Below are positions 47,645 to 58,044 of a DNA stretch of 64,000 nt, in pieces (position 1 is the first letter of the stretch; the number at the start of each line of letters is the position of its first letter). The notes beneath the pieces were generated by a model. That model was given only the letters and a program-made list of their open reading frames with translations. It was not told where the DNA came from and searched no databases. The DNA is from Ignavibacteriota bacterium (GTDB taxonomy: Bacteria; Bacteroidota; Ignavibacteria; UBA10030), in contig OY969585.1 of NCBI GenBank assembly GCA_963701295.1, positions 2,272,001 to 2,336,000 on the forward strand, read 5' to 3'. The position numbers were made by a program, and so were the translations under genes.

Positions 47645-49059
47645 TCGACGCACAGAAAGCAAAAATGGTGTCAATGAACACTAAAATTCTAATAGGTACT
47701 GTTGTCTTTGGCTTAATGTGTTGTCCCTTTTTATATCTTGGATGTGTGAAAAAGAATTACTCTGAGTTGGATGCACGCGTGAGTGCAGATTGGGTTAAGG
47801 ACGCAGTTATTTACGAAGTCTATCTTCGTTCCTTCTCAAAAGAGGGAACATTTAAAGCTTTCGAAGCGCGGATTCCTGAATTGCAAAAATTGGGTGTGAC
47901 CATTGTATCGCTCATGCCGATTCATCCTATCGGTGAATTAAACAGAAAGGGAAGCCTAGGAAGTCCATATGCGGTGAAGGACTTTTATGCAGTCAATCCG
48001 GAATATGGTACAGTAAATGATTTTCAATCGCTGGTGAATGCGCTTCACCGGCAAGGCTTAAGGATCGTTATTGACCTTGTCGCATACTACGCCGCTTGGG
48101 ATAGCCAGCTTCTCATGGAACATCCTAGTTGGTTTCAGCATGACGAAGAAAGAGCTATCGTCTCACCCCAGATAGATTTGTTCGATGTCGCACAACTTGA
48201 TTATCATCAGCACGAACCCCGAAAGTATATGATTGCTGTGATGAAATATTGGGTGAAGGAATTCAATGTCGATGGTTTTCAGTGTACCATGGCAGAATCG
48301 ATCCCCATAGACTTTTGGAATGCTGCCCGAAAAGAGGTGGAGAAGATTAAACCGGTGATTATGATCTCGGAAAATTCACGACCGGAATATCATATCAAGG
48401 CTTTTGACCTGACTTTTTCATGGAATATATCTCATATTCTCTCGTCCATAGTAAATAATACGTCATCTGTTTCAGCGCTGGACGATTCGCTGAAATTTGA
48501 ATCTTTTCAATTCCCCAAAGGATCGCTGCGTGTGCGTTTTGATGAACAAAAAGAAAAAATTGAAAGTGCTCAAACATTTGAAAATTTTAGTCCACAAGAG
48601 GCAAAGGCAAGAGCCGTTCTCAAATTCATGATTCCTGGGGTACCATTCATTTGCAATGGTGAAGAAGTGGACGATAATAAACGCTTAAATCTTTTCGACA
48701 AATTCGAAATTGATTGGTCGAAAGGAAAAGATTTTAGGGAGTTATATGAACGATTGGGCACACTTCACCGAGATCATCCGGCGCTAAGGCATGGTTCTTA
48801 TTCCTCCATTCCCAATTCGGAAAGCAAAACGGTATACTCGTTTCTTCGTTCATTCGGGAGAGATTCTCTTATCATGATCATGAACTTTGGGAAGGAGAAG
48901 AAAGTGATCAATCTAAAGTTGCCGATAGGATCGTCCATGATGTGGAAAGATCAATTTTCCAGTATACACTTTCAAGCGAAGGATTTATCATTGAACTTCG
49001 CACTCCTGCCATTGGGCTATGTTGTGCTAGCTCCGGAAACTGAAAGGAACATTCAATGA
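47641..49059 (+). CDS. GH13 alpha-amylase-fold lipoprotein lacking key catalytic residues
   Basis: [19 protein letters not shown]...LMPIHPIG...[18 protein letters not shown] and [11 protein letters not shown]. Conserved regions are altered ([14 protein letters not shown], no NHD). Lipobox YLGC. Start probably ATG 47665 or 47674. Confidence 0.8.
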   Translation: MIDAQKAKMVSMNTKILIGTVVFGLMCCPFLYLGCVKKNYSELDARVSADWVKDAVIYEVYLRSFSKEGTFKAFEARIPELQKLGVTIVSLMPIHPIGELNRKGSLGSPYAVKDFYAVNPEYGTVNDFQSLVNALHRQGLRIVIDLVAYYAAWDSQLLMEHPSWFQHDEERAIVSPQIDLFDVAQLDYHQHEPRKYMIAVMKYWVKEFNVDGFQCTMAESIPIDFWNAARKEVEKIKPVIMISENSRPEYHIKAFDLTFSWNISHILSSIVNNTSSVSALDDSLKFESFQFPKGSLRVRFDEQKEKIESAQTFENFSPQEAKARAVLKFMIPGVPFICNGEEVDDNKRLNLFDKFEIDWSKGKDFRELYERLGTLHRDHPALRHGSYSSIPNSESKTVYSFLRSFGRDSLIMIMNFGKEKKVINLKLPIGSSMMWKDQFSSIHFQAKDLSLNFALLPLGYVVLAPETERNIQ

Positions 49060-49469
49060 AGTTTTATACAGAACATCTCTGGTTTAATACAAAAAAGCAT
49101 CGAGAATATATCAACATAACATCGGAAGTGGAACATATTCTGGCTAAGAGTGGTATCAAAGATGGGATGGTTCTTGTTTCTGCAATGCACATCACGGCTG
49201 GAGTATATGTGAACGATGCAGAAACAGGATTGATACAGGATATTGATGATTGGCTGGAAAAGCTTGCACCATTTAACTCGAATTACAGACACCATCGCAC
49301 GGGTGAGACAAACGGCGATTCGCATCTGAAGAGCCTCCTCATTCATCATGAAGTAATCGTTCCGGTAACAGATAGTAAGCTCGACTTTGGTCCATGGCAG
49401 CAAATTTATTACGCTGAATTCGATGGCCAACGAAAGAAAAGCGTCCTCGTAAAAGTTATGGGCGAGTGA
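49056..49469 (+). CDS. yjbQ: YjbQ/UPF0047 family protein (secondary thiamine-phosphate synthase)
   Basis: NITSEV...SGIKDG....[21 protein letters not shown] and [13 protein letters not shown]. Confidence 0.9.
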   Translation: MKFYTEHLWFNTKKHREYINITSEVEHILAKSGIKDGMVLVSAMHITAGVYVNDAETGLIQDIDDWLEKLAPFNSNYRHHRTGETNGDSHLKSLLIHHEVIVPVTDSKLDFGPWQQIYYAEFDGQRKKSVLVKVMGE

Positions 49470-49486
49470 GCGAAAAGTAAAAAATC

Positions 49487-50392
49487 ATGTCTTACAGGAT
49501 TAAACATATTGTAGAATATATCATCTTTCTGATGACCGCTTTTATCATTCAGCTTTTCCCGTTGTACGTTGTTCATAAAACCGGATTTGCACTTGCCCGA
49601 TTGGTCTATCCTCTTTTAAAGTCACGGAGGAGCGTAGCACTCCAAAATCTTCAGCATGCATTTCCAGAGATGGAGGAAACAAAGCGGCTGCAAATTGCTT
49701 TTCGATCGTTCCAAAGCATCAGTGTGACATTTCTTGAACTGCTCTGGTACCCAAATTTTACGAAGACCAGGATCAAACAGAGAGTCCACATTGAGAACAT
49801 CGAATTGTTAAAACAACTACAAGAAAAGAAGAAAGGGATTATTTTTCTCACAGCTCATTACGGCAGCTGGGAGCTTGCAACTCAGGCGATCGCAGTTTAT
49901 TCCGATGCCCCAGTGTGTACTATCGCAAAACCACAATCGAACTTATTGGTCGATCGTATAATTACTCGCTGGCGTGAATTGTTTGGACTTAAAATTGTGG
50001 CGATGGGTATTAGTGTTCGGGAAATTCTTAGAACGCTTCAGGAGGGTGGAATTGTTGCACTTGCTGCCGACCAATCAGCTCCGAAGGAAGGCGTATCTGT
50101 AAATTTTTTTGGGCGCAATGTGCCGACTTTTCAAGGTCCTGCAATATTCTCATTAAAGACGAAAGCGCCGATCATATTAGGTTGCACCGTAAGACAAGAG
50201 AATGGGAATTATACAATGTGCCTTGTACACGTACCAAGCGATGATTTAGACGGTGTTTCTGATGAAAACATTCTTGAACTAACATGTCGCCAGGTACAAA
50301 TGACGGAAGCAATAATACGCCAATGCCCCGAGCAATGGATGTGGATGCATAAACGATGGAAGCATGTTCAAGATCAAGCTGAAACAGAGTAA
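49487..50392 (+). CDS. Lipid A biosynthesis acyltransferase (LpxL/HtrB family)
   Basis: NLQHAFPE, TAHYGSWE, ADQ, FFG and PEQWMWMHKRWK. Confidence 0.88.
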   Translation: MSYRIKHIVEYIIFLMTAFIIQLFPLYVVHKTGFALARLVYPLLKSRRSVALQNLQHAFPEMEETKRLQIAFRSFQSISVTFLELLWYPNFTKTRIKQRVHIENIELLKQLQEKKKGIIFLTAHYGSWELATQAIAVYSDAPVCTIAKPQSNLLVDRIITRWRELFGLKIVAMGISVREILRTLQEGGIVALAADQSAPKEGVSVNFFGRNVPTFQGPAIFSLKTKAPIILGCTVRQENGNYTMCLVHVPSDDLDGVSDENILELTCRQVQMTEAIIRQCPEQWMWMHKRWKHVQDQAETE

Positions 50393-51438
50393 TGGGCACA
50401 ATGTTCAACAATATCCTTGTACTACAGACGGCATTCATTGGCGACGCAATTCTTACGCTACCGCTTATTCAAGTTCTCAAAAAAAGCTATCCAAATTCAT
50501 CCATCGATGTTGTTGTTGTTCCAGGAACTGTAAAGATATTTTCTCATCACCCTGCAATATCTAGTATCATTCCATACGATAAAAGAGGCAAGGAGAGCGG
50601 ACTCATTGGCTTTTGGCGCCTTCGGAATCAACTTCGCGCAAAGAACTATGATTTGATTGTTATTCCGCATCGTTCAGTACGAAGCGCGCTTCTTGCATGG
50701 ATGCTGAAACCGAATGTTCGCATAGGATTCGATCGAAGTGCAGGTCGATTTTTATTTACAAGAATTGTGCATTACGACCCAACTGAACATGAAATTGACC
50801 GAAATCTATCATTATTAAGTCCGTTATCACTTCGGATAAATAAAAATGAACTGCCGCAGCTTTATCCTTCTGCTGAAGATGTGCAAGTTGTTGATTCAGT
50901 GCTGGATGGTTTTGGTTTGAAAGAAAATCATATCATCACTGCAGCTCCCGGGACGATTTGGAATACAAAACGCTGGCCCGCGGATAGATTTGCTACGATG
51001 TGCAAACAACTTTCCTCCAAATGCTCTGCCGTATTGCTCATTGGAGGAAAAGAGGACAGCGCCTTGTGTGAAGATATTGCAGGAATGTCAAATGCAAAGA
51101 ATGTCTTCACTGTCGCGGGAAAGCTTTCCTTGCTTCAATCAGCGGAACTTATTAAGCGAAGTCGCGTATTAATTTCAAATGACAGCGCACCGATGCACAT
51201 TGCTGTCGCAGTGGCGACCCCGGTTATTGCAATATTCGGTGCGACTGTTCCGGAATACGGATTCGCGCCGCGTGGAGCACATAATATTGTCATTGAAACA
51301 AAAGGACTCAAATGCCGCCCGTGTTCGATTCATGGCGGAAAGACTTGTCCCATAGGAACATTTGAATGTATGAGAGCGATAACATCGGAACTTGTTGTGA
51401 ACAAAGTGATGCCGTTTTTACAGAAGAAAGTGGTGTGA
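50392..51438 (+). CDS. waaF: GT9 LPS heptosyltransferase (WaaF-like)
   Basis: TAFIGDAILTLP, APGTIWNTKRWP, GKLSL, SNDSAPMHIA.A, IFGAT and CRPC. Confidence 0.8.
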   Translation: MGTMFNNILVLQTAFIGDAILTLPLIQVLKKSYPNSSIDVVVVPGTVKIFSHHPAISSIIPYDKRGKESGLIGFWRLRNQLRAKNYDLIVIPHRSVRSALLAWMLKPNVRIGFDRSAGRFLFTRIVHYDPTEHEIDRNLSLLSPLSLRINKNELPQLYPSAEDVQVVDSVLDGFGLKENHIITAAPGTIWNTKRWPADRFATMCKQLSSKCSAVLLIGGKEDSALCEDIAGMSNAKNVFTVAGKLSLLQSAELIKRSRVLISNDSAPMHIAVAVATPVIAIFGATVPEYGFAPRGAHNIVIETKGLKCRPCSIHGGKTCPIGTFECMRAITSELVVNKVMPFLQKKVV

Positions 51439-51461
51439 AAGTTTTGTTTTTAGTGTATCAT

Positions 51462-51490
51462 TTGAATCTCTTCAAAAACTTCTCTACATT
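51462..51490 (+). promoter_or_regulatory. Probable promoter of tRNA-Arg
   Basis: TTGAAT, 17 nt, TACATT, ending 21 nt upstream of the tRNA. Confidence 0.45.
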
Positions 51491-51511
51491 GATACGTAAA
51501 ATAATATTCTT

Positions 51512-51585
51512 GCGCCCGTAGCTCAGCTGGATAGAGCGACAGCCTCCGGAGCTGTAGGTCAGGCGTTCGAATCGCCTCGGGCGTA
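51512..51585 (+). tRNA. tRNA-Arg(CCG)
   Basis: GCGCCCGTAGCTCAGCTGGATAGAGCGACAGCCTCCGGAGCTGTAGGTCAGGCGTTCGAATCGCCTCGGGCGTA forms a cloverleaf with anticodon CCG. Confidence 0.96.
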
Positions 51586-51621
51586 CAAACAAATTACTTA
51601 TTCATTGAATCAGGAACTCTT

Positions 51622-52311
51622 ATGCTAAAACCGCAGAAGAAGGTCTCTCGGCGAGAAATCAAAGAAGACAAACTTGTCACCGCTTATTTTGAAACGCGCG
51701 GCTGGATAGAACAAAACACGAAAATTCTTTCTTACATTGCAATCGGGGTAGTAGGTGTTGTGGTTATTGGTTTTCTCTGGAGTAAAAACAGGGCTGACTC
51801 TAATGATAAAGCAACTACGATGCTGGCAAAGGTTACACCATACTGCGATGAAGGCAAATATGATCTGGCAATCAATGGTGTTCCTCAAGAAGGCACACAG
51901 GGTTTACAGGCTATTGTAGACGAGCATGGGAGTACCAAAGCAGGCCAACTTGCGAAGCTGTTTTTGGCAAATTCCTATTATGCCTTAAAAAATTACGACA
52001 AAGCTCTTGAATGCTACGATGATATCAGCGTGAGCGATAAGATGATTTCGGCTTCAGCTCTCGCAGGTGCAGCGGCTTGTTATGAAGCGAAAGGCGATTT
52101 GAACAAAGCGGCTTCCTATTTTGAGAAAGCCGCATCGAAGAATATGACACTTATGCAAGCGCCGGATAACTTGCAGAGATCCGCTCTCAACTATGCCGCA
52201 GTAGGGAAGAAGGAAAAAGCTGTCGAACTTCTTCAAACACTGAAGAAGGAGTTTCCTACATCTACAAATGCCCGGGAAGTGGACCGTTTCATAGTAGAGT
52301 ATAGTTCATAA
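51622..52311 (+). CDS. Single-TM tetratricopeptide repeat protein (YfgM-like)
   Basis: One TM near the N-terminus, then TPR-like helices (LFLANSYY..KNYDKAL.CY, A.CYE..GD..KAA.YFEKA). Confidence 0.7.
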   Translation: MLKPQKKVSRREIKEDKLVTAYFETRGWIEQNTKILSYIAIGVVGVVVIGFLWSKNRADSNDKATTMLAKVTPYCDEGKYDLAINGVPQEGTQGLQAIVDEHGSTKAGQLAKLFLANSYYALKNYDKALECYDDISVSDKMISASALAGAAACYEAKGDLNKAASYFEKAASKNMTLMQAPDNLQRSALNYAAVGKKEKAVELLQTLKKEFPTSTNAREVDRFIVEYSS

Positions 52312-52676
52312 TTGAATTGTTAAACCCAACGAAGATTGCCAATGCCTATCGTTGATGTCAAGAAGGAGTCATTGGCATCATTCCTTCATTTTTTATTTGG
52401 ATTCCTATCGGCGAGTGACAGAATGTCGTTCCTCCAAGGGAAAAATGCGTTCAAATTGTATTCTTTAGATTTGTCTTCCTCTCATCGTTTAATAATTCTT
52501 CACTCTTGTTCTTTCTTTTTGTAACTTTTTGACGGATATATCGAAATAGATAGAGATAGTCCAATCATCTTCTGTCGGATAAGATAAAGAATGAACCAAT
52601 ATCATTGCTTGTATCATAAAGAAAAATGCTGGTCGTATCTTTACAATTCGTTTCTGGAAAATAAAACAGGTAAATC

Positions 52677-54770
52677 GTGTCGAGATTGAAGCGAATAGTA
52701 TTCTTGATAATTCCTGCGGTCTTTTTGCCAGTTGTGTACACGTATGATGTAGTGCGTGCTGCAGTAAGATTTGAAATTCCTAGTCTCGCTCTGTTCCGCG
52801 AACTCTTTGTGATTGTCTCGTTCACTCTTATTGGTTTGTTTATAGAGAATCGTCGCAAAGCTTTATCACGTAATACACCAAAAGAGATTGGGCGTGTTTT
52901 CTTTGCAGTTGTACTTTCATTGCTTGTTGTGGGGATAGCCATAGTTTTCCGACCGTCCGAATTCTCTGGACGAGAAGCGATGAATATGTATCGTTCAGCG
53001 ATTTTCATGTTTTTTTCGACATTGATTGCTCTCATACTTGGAGTTGTTACTTTATATATTTTATTTACTCTCCACGATATGATTCTTTTCAAACGTCGAA
53101 AATCAACATGGCGCTATTATTTTGCATACCTTGTTTTTCTTTTTGCTGCATGCGCCGCTGAGCTTCCATTCTTCCATCTGGAAGATACATTCTTGCCTCC
53201 GATAGTATTCACACTCGCGATAGTGTTCATTGTTGTGAATTCATTCAAGCAGAATTGGATTGTCTATCTTTCTAAGCGTGAAAAGGTATATTCCATCGTG
53301 TATTCAATTTTGATGTTTATCGCTCTCACAATGCTGGATGTTTATCTTGCTACTGGTTCTGGGAGCAACAATGCAATCATGTCTTATAGCCGCCCATTAC
53401 ATACTTTCATGAAGTTGAATGCTATCTTCGGAACGATCTATTTCGGAGTTACATTTATTAGTACGCTCTTTCACTTGCCAACAGCGGAAGTGTTTGAGAG
53501 GAAACAATCGGAACTCAACTCGCTGCACAATCTGAGTCGCTTGGTGACGCAGGTGTTTGATTTTAACGATCTTGTCAATACAGTGACACAGATGACTTCG
53601 GAAGTTTGCGATGCACGCAGCGTTTGGATGGAATTGTTCTCCGTGAATGAGGAAACTGGTGAGATGTCTGTCGATGTGGTATCGAAGAAAAACATCACGC
53701 AGAAGGAAATTGACCTTATCGGCGCCGATGATGGAACCCAACTGAGGCGTTATCTTTTGGACACACAAAAAGTATTGCTCATTGAAGATATTTGGTCTGA
53801 TCGGCGAACAACTTATCTCAAGGAGAAAGGTTTCGCGCGCGGATCGCTTCTCACCATTCCGCTCCTTTCACATGGAAAGGTCATCGGCGTTCTTCATGCA
53901 ACGAAAGAATATCAAAATGCTTTTGATCAAGACGATATTGATGTGATGACAACGTTTGCTGATCATGTCAGTATTGCTATTGAGAATTCACGGCTTATTG
54001 CTAAATCGATTGAGCGTGAACGTCTCCATCAAGAAATAATGGTGGCTCAACGGATGCAGAAACGTCTCCTTCCTCAGCGGTTACCGGACATACCCTCGGT
54101 GGAATTTGCCGCTGTATCCGAATCCTCATTCGAAGTCGGCGGTGATTATTATGATGTAATCAATCTTCCGAATGAACGCATAGGAATTATTGTCGGGGAC
54201 GTATCCGGGAAAGGTGTCTCTGCTGCGTTTTATATGGCGGAGGTGAAAGGAATTGTTTTATCTTTGAGTAAAATATGTTCGACACCGCGGGAATTATTGT
54301 TGCGTGCTAATGATACACTCATGGAAAGTCTGGAAAAGAATGCGTTTATTAGTGCTGTCTATGCTGTACTGGATGTTTCTCATGCATCGCTTACCATGGC
54401 GCGTGCTGGACACTGTCCGGTGATTCTTCTCTCCGGTGACTCGTCGGAATTAGTGAGGTCATCGGGAATTGGGTTGGGGTTAACGAATGGTTCTCAATTT
54501 GCGCAAGCGACAGAAGAGCGCGAAATCAAGCTGAAACGGGGTGACATTTGTATCTTCTATACCGATGGTATCACCGAAGCACGAAATGCGGAAATGGAAG
54601 AATATGGCTATGAACGTTTAGTCCAAGTTGCTGGTGGATCCAGGGACTGTTCAGCGGAAGTGATGAAAAACAAGATTTTACAGAGCGTTCGAACTTTTAT
54701 AGGACAAGGAGCGTATACAGATGATGTAACGCTCGTTGTGGTGAAATGGCTTGGAAATTCTAAAGAATAA
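52677..54770 (+). CDS. Membrane-bound GAF + PP2C/SpoIIE (RsbU-type) phosphatase
   Basis: Multi-TM N-terminus and GAF (IPLL..GKVIGVL...AIENSRL). EVGGDYYD, GDVSGKG, RAGH, YTDGITEA and DDVT. Confidence 0.9.
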   Translation: MSRLKRIVFLIIPAVFLPVVYTYDVVRAAVRFEIPSLALFRELFVIVSFTLIGLFIENRRKALSRNTPKEIGRVFFAVVLSLLVVGIAIVFRPSEFSGREAMNMYRSAIFMFFSTLIALILGVVTLYILFTLHDMILFKRRKSTWRYYFAYLVFLFAACAAELPFFHLEDTFLPPIVFTLAIVFIVVNSFKQNWIVYLSKREKVYSIVYSILMFIALTMLDVYLATGSGSNNAIMSYSRPLHTFMKLNAIFGTIYFGVTFISTLFHLPTAEVFERKQSELNSLHNLSRLVTQVFDFNDLVNTVTQMTSEVCDARSVWMELFSVNEETGEMSVDVVSKKNITQKEIDLIGADDGTQLRRYLLDTQKVLLIEDIWSDRRTTYLKEKGFARGSLLTIPLLSHGKVIGVLHATKEYQNAFDQDDIDVMTTFADHVSIAIENSRLIAKSIERERLHQEIMVAQRMQKRLLPQRLPDIPSVEFAAVSESSFEVGGDYYDVINLPNERIGIIVGDVSGKGVSAAFYMAEVKGIVLSLSKICSTPRELLLRANDTLMESLEKNAFISAVYAVLDVSHASLTMARAGHCPVILLSGDSSELVRSSGIGLGLTNGSQFAQATEEREIKLKRGDICIFYTDGITEARNAEMEEYGYERLVQVAGGSRDCSAEVMKNKILQSVRTFIGQGAYTDDVTLVVVKWLGNSKE

Positions 54771-54824
54771 CGAGGATGGAAATGCAAGAAATTGTAAAGA
54801 GAGTGTTACAAGAAGGAGACCACC

Positions 54825-55181
54825 ATGACTGATTTTAAAATTCACCATCGGGATGGAGAAGGTGTCAGTGTGATTGAACTCAAGGGATACCTTGATGCCC
54901 ATACTGCGCCCGATCTCGAGAGCGCTTTTCAGAAGTTATTGACTGAGAAGAAGTATAATGTTGTTGTCAATTGTCGAGATCTTTCTTATATCAGCAGCGC
55001 CGGGCTGGGTGTTTTTATGGCGTATGTGGAAGATATTCGCAAGAATATGGGGGATATTAAACTGACCAACATGTCGCCGAAAGTCTACAACGTTTTCGAT
55101 CTTTTAGGCTTTCCCATTCTGTATGAAATTTATAAAGATGAACAAGAAGCGGTATCACGGTTTAAAGAAATCAAGAAATAA
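54825..55181 (+). CDS. STAS-domain anti-sigma factor antagonist (RsbV/SpoIIAA-like)
   Basis: LKGYLDAHTAP, LSYISSAGLG (phospho-Ser motif) and VFDLLG. Confidence 0.92.
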   Translation: MTDFKIHHRDGEGVSVIELKGYLDAHTAPDLESAFQKLLTEKKYNVVVNCRDLSYISSAGLGVFMAYVEDIRKNMGDIKLTNMSPKVYNVFDLLGFPILYEIYKDEQEAVSRFKEIKK

Positions 55182-55220
55182 TTGAGTCTTGATTCGATAG
55201 AAACGAAGATTCATGAATCA

Positions 55221-55673
55221 ATGGAAACGCAAGCAAAGCACATATCGAAAAGAATAGTAAGCCGGACAGAGAGTCTCGTGGAAGTTCGGGAATTTGTCGA
55301 TGCCGCAGCTCGCGCGTTCGGTTTCTCTGAGGAAGATGTTGCGAATATTATTCTCGCTGTCGATGAAGCTTGCACGAACATTATTAAACATGCATATCAA
55401 TATGCTGTAGATCAAGAGATCGAGATCTCTATTTTTCCCAGCACACGTTCTTTCGAAATACGAATCTATGATAACGGAAAATCCTTCGATCCTTCACTCA
55501 TCCGAACGCCGGATTTAAAAGATCATATAGGCCACAAGCGGCGCGGAGGCCTTGGTGTCTATTTGATGAAGCGATTAATGGATAAAGTTGAATATAATTT
55601 TGTTCCGGGGAAAAGAAACGAAGTCCGCCTTATCAAGTATCGTTCGAATGCTTCCGCCATTACAGGGAGGTAG
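55221..55673 (+). CDS. Anti-sigma factor / serine kinase (RsbW/SpoIIAB-like)
   Basis: LAVDEACTNIIKHAY, DNGKSFDP and GGLGVYLMKRLMDKVEY. ATG at 55221 preferred. Confidence 0.9.
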   Translation: METQAKHISKRIVSRTESLVEVREFVDAAARAFGFSEEDVANIILAVDEACTNIIKHAYQYAVDQEIEISIFPSTRSFEIRIYDNGKSFDPSLIRTPDLKDHIGHKRRGGLGVYLMKRLMDKVEYNFVPGKRNEVRLIKYRSNASAITGR

Positions 55674-55675
55674 CG

Positions 55676-57421
55676 ATGAGGGGTCTTTACACACAACCAG
55701 AAACAGCGGATAGAAAAGAAACGTCTGACTTTCTTTCACTGTTCGAATTTAGCAACGTCGTTAATTCCTCGCTTGACCTCGATTTTATCTTAAGCACTGT
55801 CTTACGGACATTAATGGGCAAGATGCTGGTCACACGGGGTATGGTTTTTCTTAAACGAAGCGGAAAATTATTTCAGATTATCACTGCGAAAGGGGTCGAC
55901 CATTCCGTCATAGGACAAACCTTAGAAGTCGGCCGGCCGCTGCGTTCTTTACAAGTTGTGGCGAAACTTCTTAAGAATAATACAGTATGGTGTGAATTTC
56001 TGAAACATCATCAGCAGTCATTGATTATCCCGATTCTCTCACAGCGCCGCATTGTAGGATATATTACACTCGGTGAGCGGCTATCGAAGCCGTCATATTC
56101 CGCAACGGATAAGCGGCTTATTCAATCGCTTGTAAGTCTCTCCGGTGCGGCAATCGAGAAGGCTCTTATCATCGATCAGGTGAAAGAAGCCAACCGCAAT
56201 CTCGATAGAAAAATTCAGGAACTTAATACGCTTTTTGATTTGAGCAAAGAGTTTAATATTGGGTTGGATGAAAAGAAAGTTGTACGGTTGGTAACATTTG
56301 CACTGCTGGGACAAATTGGAGTGAAAAAATACGCCTTGTGCCTACGGGATAATGATGGATTAAATATCGTCGAATCGCGCATTGAAGGAAGCGCAAACTT
56401 AAAAAACATTCTTCCCCAATTGTGCAATCTCGAACACTCTGCAACAACACAAGACTTGCTGAAGCAGAAGGCATATCGGATTGCAGCGGCGCAACTAATT
56501 CAGATGGGCATTACGGCTGTTGTGCCTATGCATATCCAGCATAAAACGAAAGGAATGATTCTCCTTGGCGAGCGATTACGCGGCGGTATATATACACGCG
56601 CCGACCTAGAATTTCTGTACTCGCTTGGTAATCTTGCAATAATATCAATTGAAAATGCACATCTCTTTAAAGATGCTTTAGAAAAACAACGGATGGAAGA
56701 TGAGCTGATTATCGCACGCGAGATTCAGCAGGGACTTTTACCGGAGAAGCTTCCATCCATTCCTGGTTTCGATATCGCGGCACTGACCATTCCATCAAAG
56801 GAAGTCGGTGGCGACTACTATGATATTATAACGCGTCAAAACGGAGAATACATCCTTGCAATTGGCGATGTTTCAGGTAAAGGGACACCGGCGGCCCTGT
56901 TGATGGCAAATGTGCAGGCGGCATTGCGGGCGCTTGCACCACATTGCACATCTGTTTCTGAAACCACCGGGCAGATCAACGATCTCACATATGCGAATAC
57001 TCGTAGCGGCAGTAAATTTATCACATTCTTTTGGGGAATTCTTGATCCACAAACACATCAGTTTCGTTTTTCCAATGCTGGACATAACCCGCCGTACCTC
57101 TTGCGAAAAGATGGGACAATAGAAGGATTGGAGGAAGGCGGACTTATTCTTGGTGTCTTTAAAACAATGACTCCCTATGGTGAAGCTACGGTCACACTCT
57201 CACCAGGAGATGTTTTGGTGATGTATACCGACGGAGTAAGCGAGGCGATGAATCAAAGTAACGACCAATTCACGGAAGAGCAGCTTGAGGTTGTTCTTAA
57301 AGAATCGACGCACTTCTCTGCAAAGGAAATCATACAGAAGGTCCAGCAAGCGCTCGAATCTCACACCCAGGGCACACCGCAGTCGGATGATATTACAATG
57401 CTGGTACTGAAGGCAATATAG
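55676..57421 (+). CDS. Tandem-GAF PP2C/SpoIIE phosphatase
   Basis: Two GAF-like repeats. EVGGDYYD, GDVSGKG, NAGHNPP, YTDGVSEA and DDIT. Confidence 0.9.
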   Translation: MRGLYTQPETADRKETSDFLSLFEFSNVVNSSLDLDFILSTVLRTLMGKMLVTRGMVFLKRSGKLFQIITAKGVDHSVIGQTLEVGRPLRSLQVVAKLLKNNTVWCEFLKHHQQSLIIPILSQRRIVGYITLGERLSKPSYSATDKRLIQSLVSLSGAAIEKALIIDQVKEANRNLDRKIQELNTLFDLSKEFNIGLDEKKVVRLVTFALLGQIGVKKYALCLRDNDGLNIVESRIEGSANLKNILPQLCNLEHSATTQDLLKQKAYRIAAAQLIQMGITAVVPMHIQHKTKGMILLGERLRGGIYTRADLEFLYSLGNLAIISIENAHLFKDALEKQRMEDELIIAREIQQGLLPEKLPSIPGFDIAALTIPSKEVGGDYYDIITRQNGEYILAIGDVSGKGTPAALLMANVQAALRALAPHCTSVSETTGQINDLTYANTRSGSKFITFFWGILDPQTHQFRFSNAGHNPPYLLRKDGTIEGLEEGGLILGVFKTMTPYGEATVTLSPGDVLVMYTDGVSEAMNQSNDQFTEEQLEVVLKESTHFSAKEIIQKVQQALESHTQGTPQSDDITMLVLKAI

Positions 57422-57504
57422 TTTTCGAGTTCTTTTCTTCCACCCACCTTGCCTTTCAAGTGAGTGTTTGTTAATTTTAATTATATAATCATTTACTGCA
57501 CCTG

Positions 57505-58044
57505 ATGCCTCGATTTACGCTTGATGAAATACGAAATAAATTTTCTAGCGGCAAAGATTTTAACGAAATCTTTGATGTCTTTGAAGATGCGCTGAAGCAG
57601 GGAATTCAGGATGTCGAATTGTATCGGCTGCTTTTTTGGAACTCTGCCCTCCGTCCCGATGAGTTATGTCTCTTTGGTGAAAAGCTGGCTCAGGAATTTC
57701 CAGACCTCGCATATGATACGTTTATGTGGCTGGCGAATGTGTTCGAGGCAACATATTCATCCTACGATAACTTTGAGCTGGCGATGCGGTACTATCGGAA
57801 AGCAGCAAAGACAAAGCCCGGTGAAGTGCAGCCATATCTCAATGCCGCTGATTGCCACGAACCCGACTTGAATATTCCGCCGCTCTATTGGCTGGTAGAA
57901 TTTTTAAAATTAGGAATTAACCAAGTCACAGATAAGAAGACGCTTCTGCACCGATTATCATATCTCTACCAAATGCATGGAGATCAGAAGCAGGCAGATT
58001 TTTACAGAAACCTTGCTGATGATATTGGACGAAACCAAAACTAG
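57505..58044 (+). CDS. Hypothetical helical (TPR-like) protein
   Basis: 179-aa ORF with AMRYYRKAA..KP and LSYLYQ..GD...A.FY patterns. Confidence 0.55.
   Translation: MPRFTLDEIRNKFSSGKDFNEIFDVFEDALKQGIQDVELYRLLFWNSALRPDELCLFGEKLAQEFPDLAYDTFMWLANVFEATYSSYDNFELAMRYYRKAAKTKPGEVQPYLNAADCHEPDLNIPPLYWLVEFLKLGINQVTDKKTLLHRLSYLYQMHGDQKQADFYRNLADDIGRNQN

Noticed and set aside
52565-53092. 175-aa minus-strand ORF and the many other short antisense or alternate-frame ORFs
   Set aside because: They overlap well-supported + strand genes and look like shadow ORFs.
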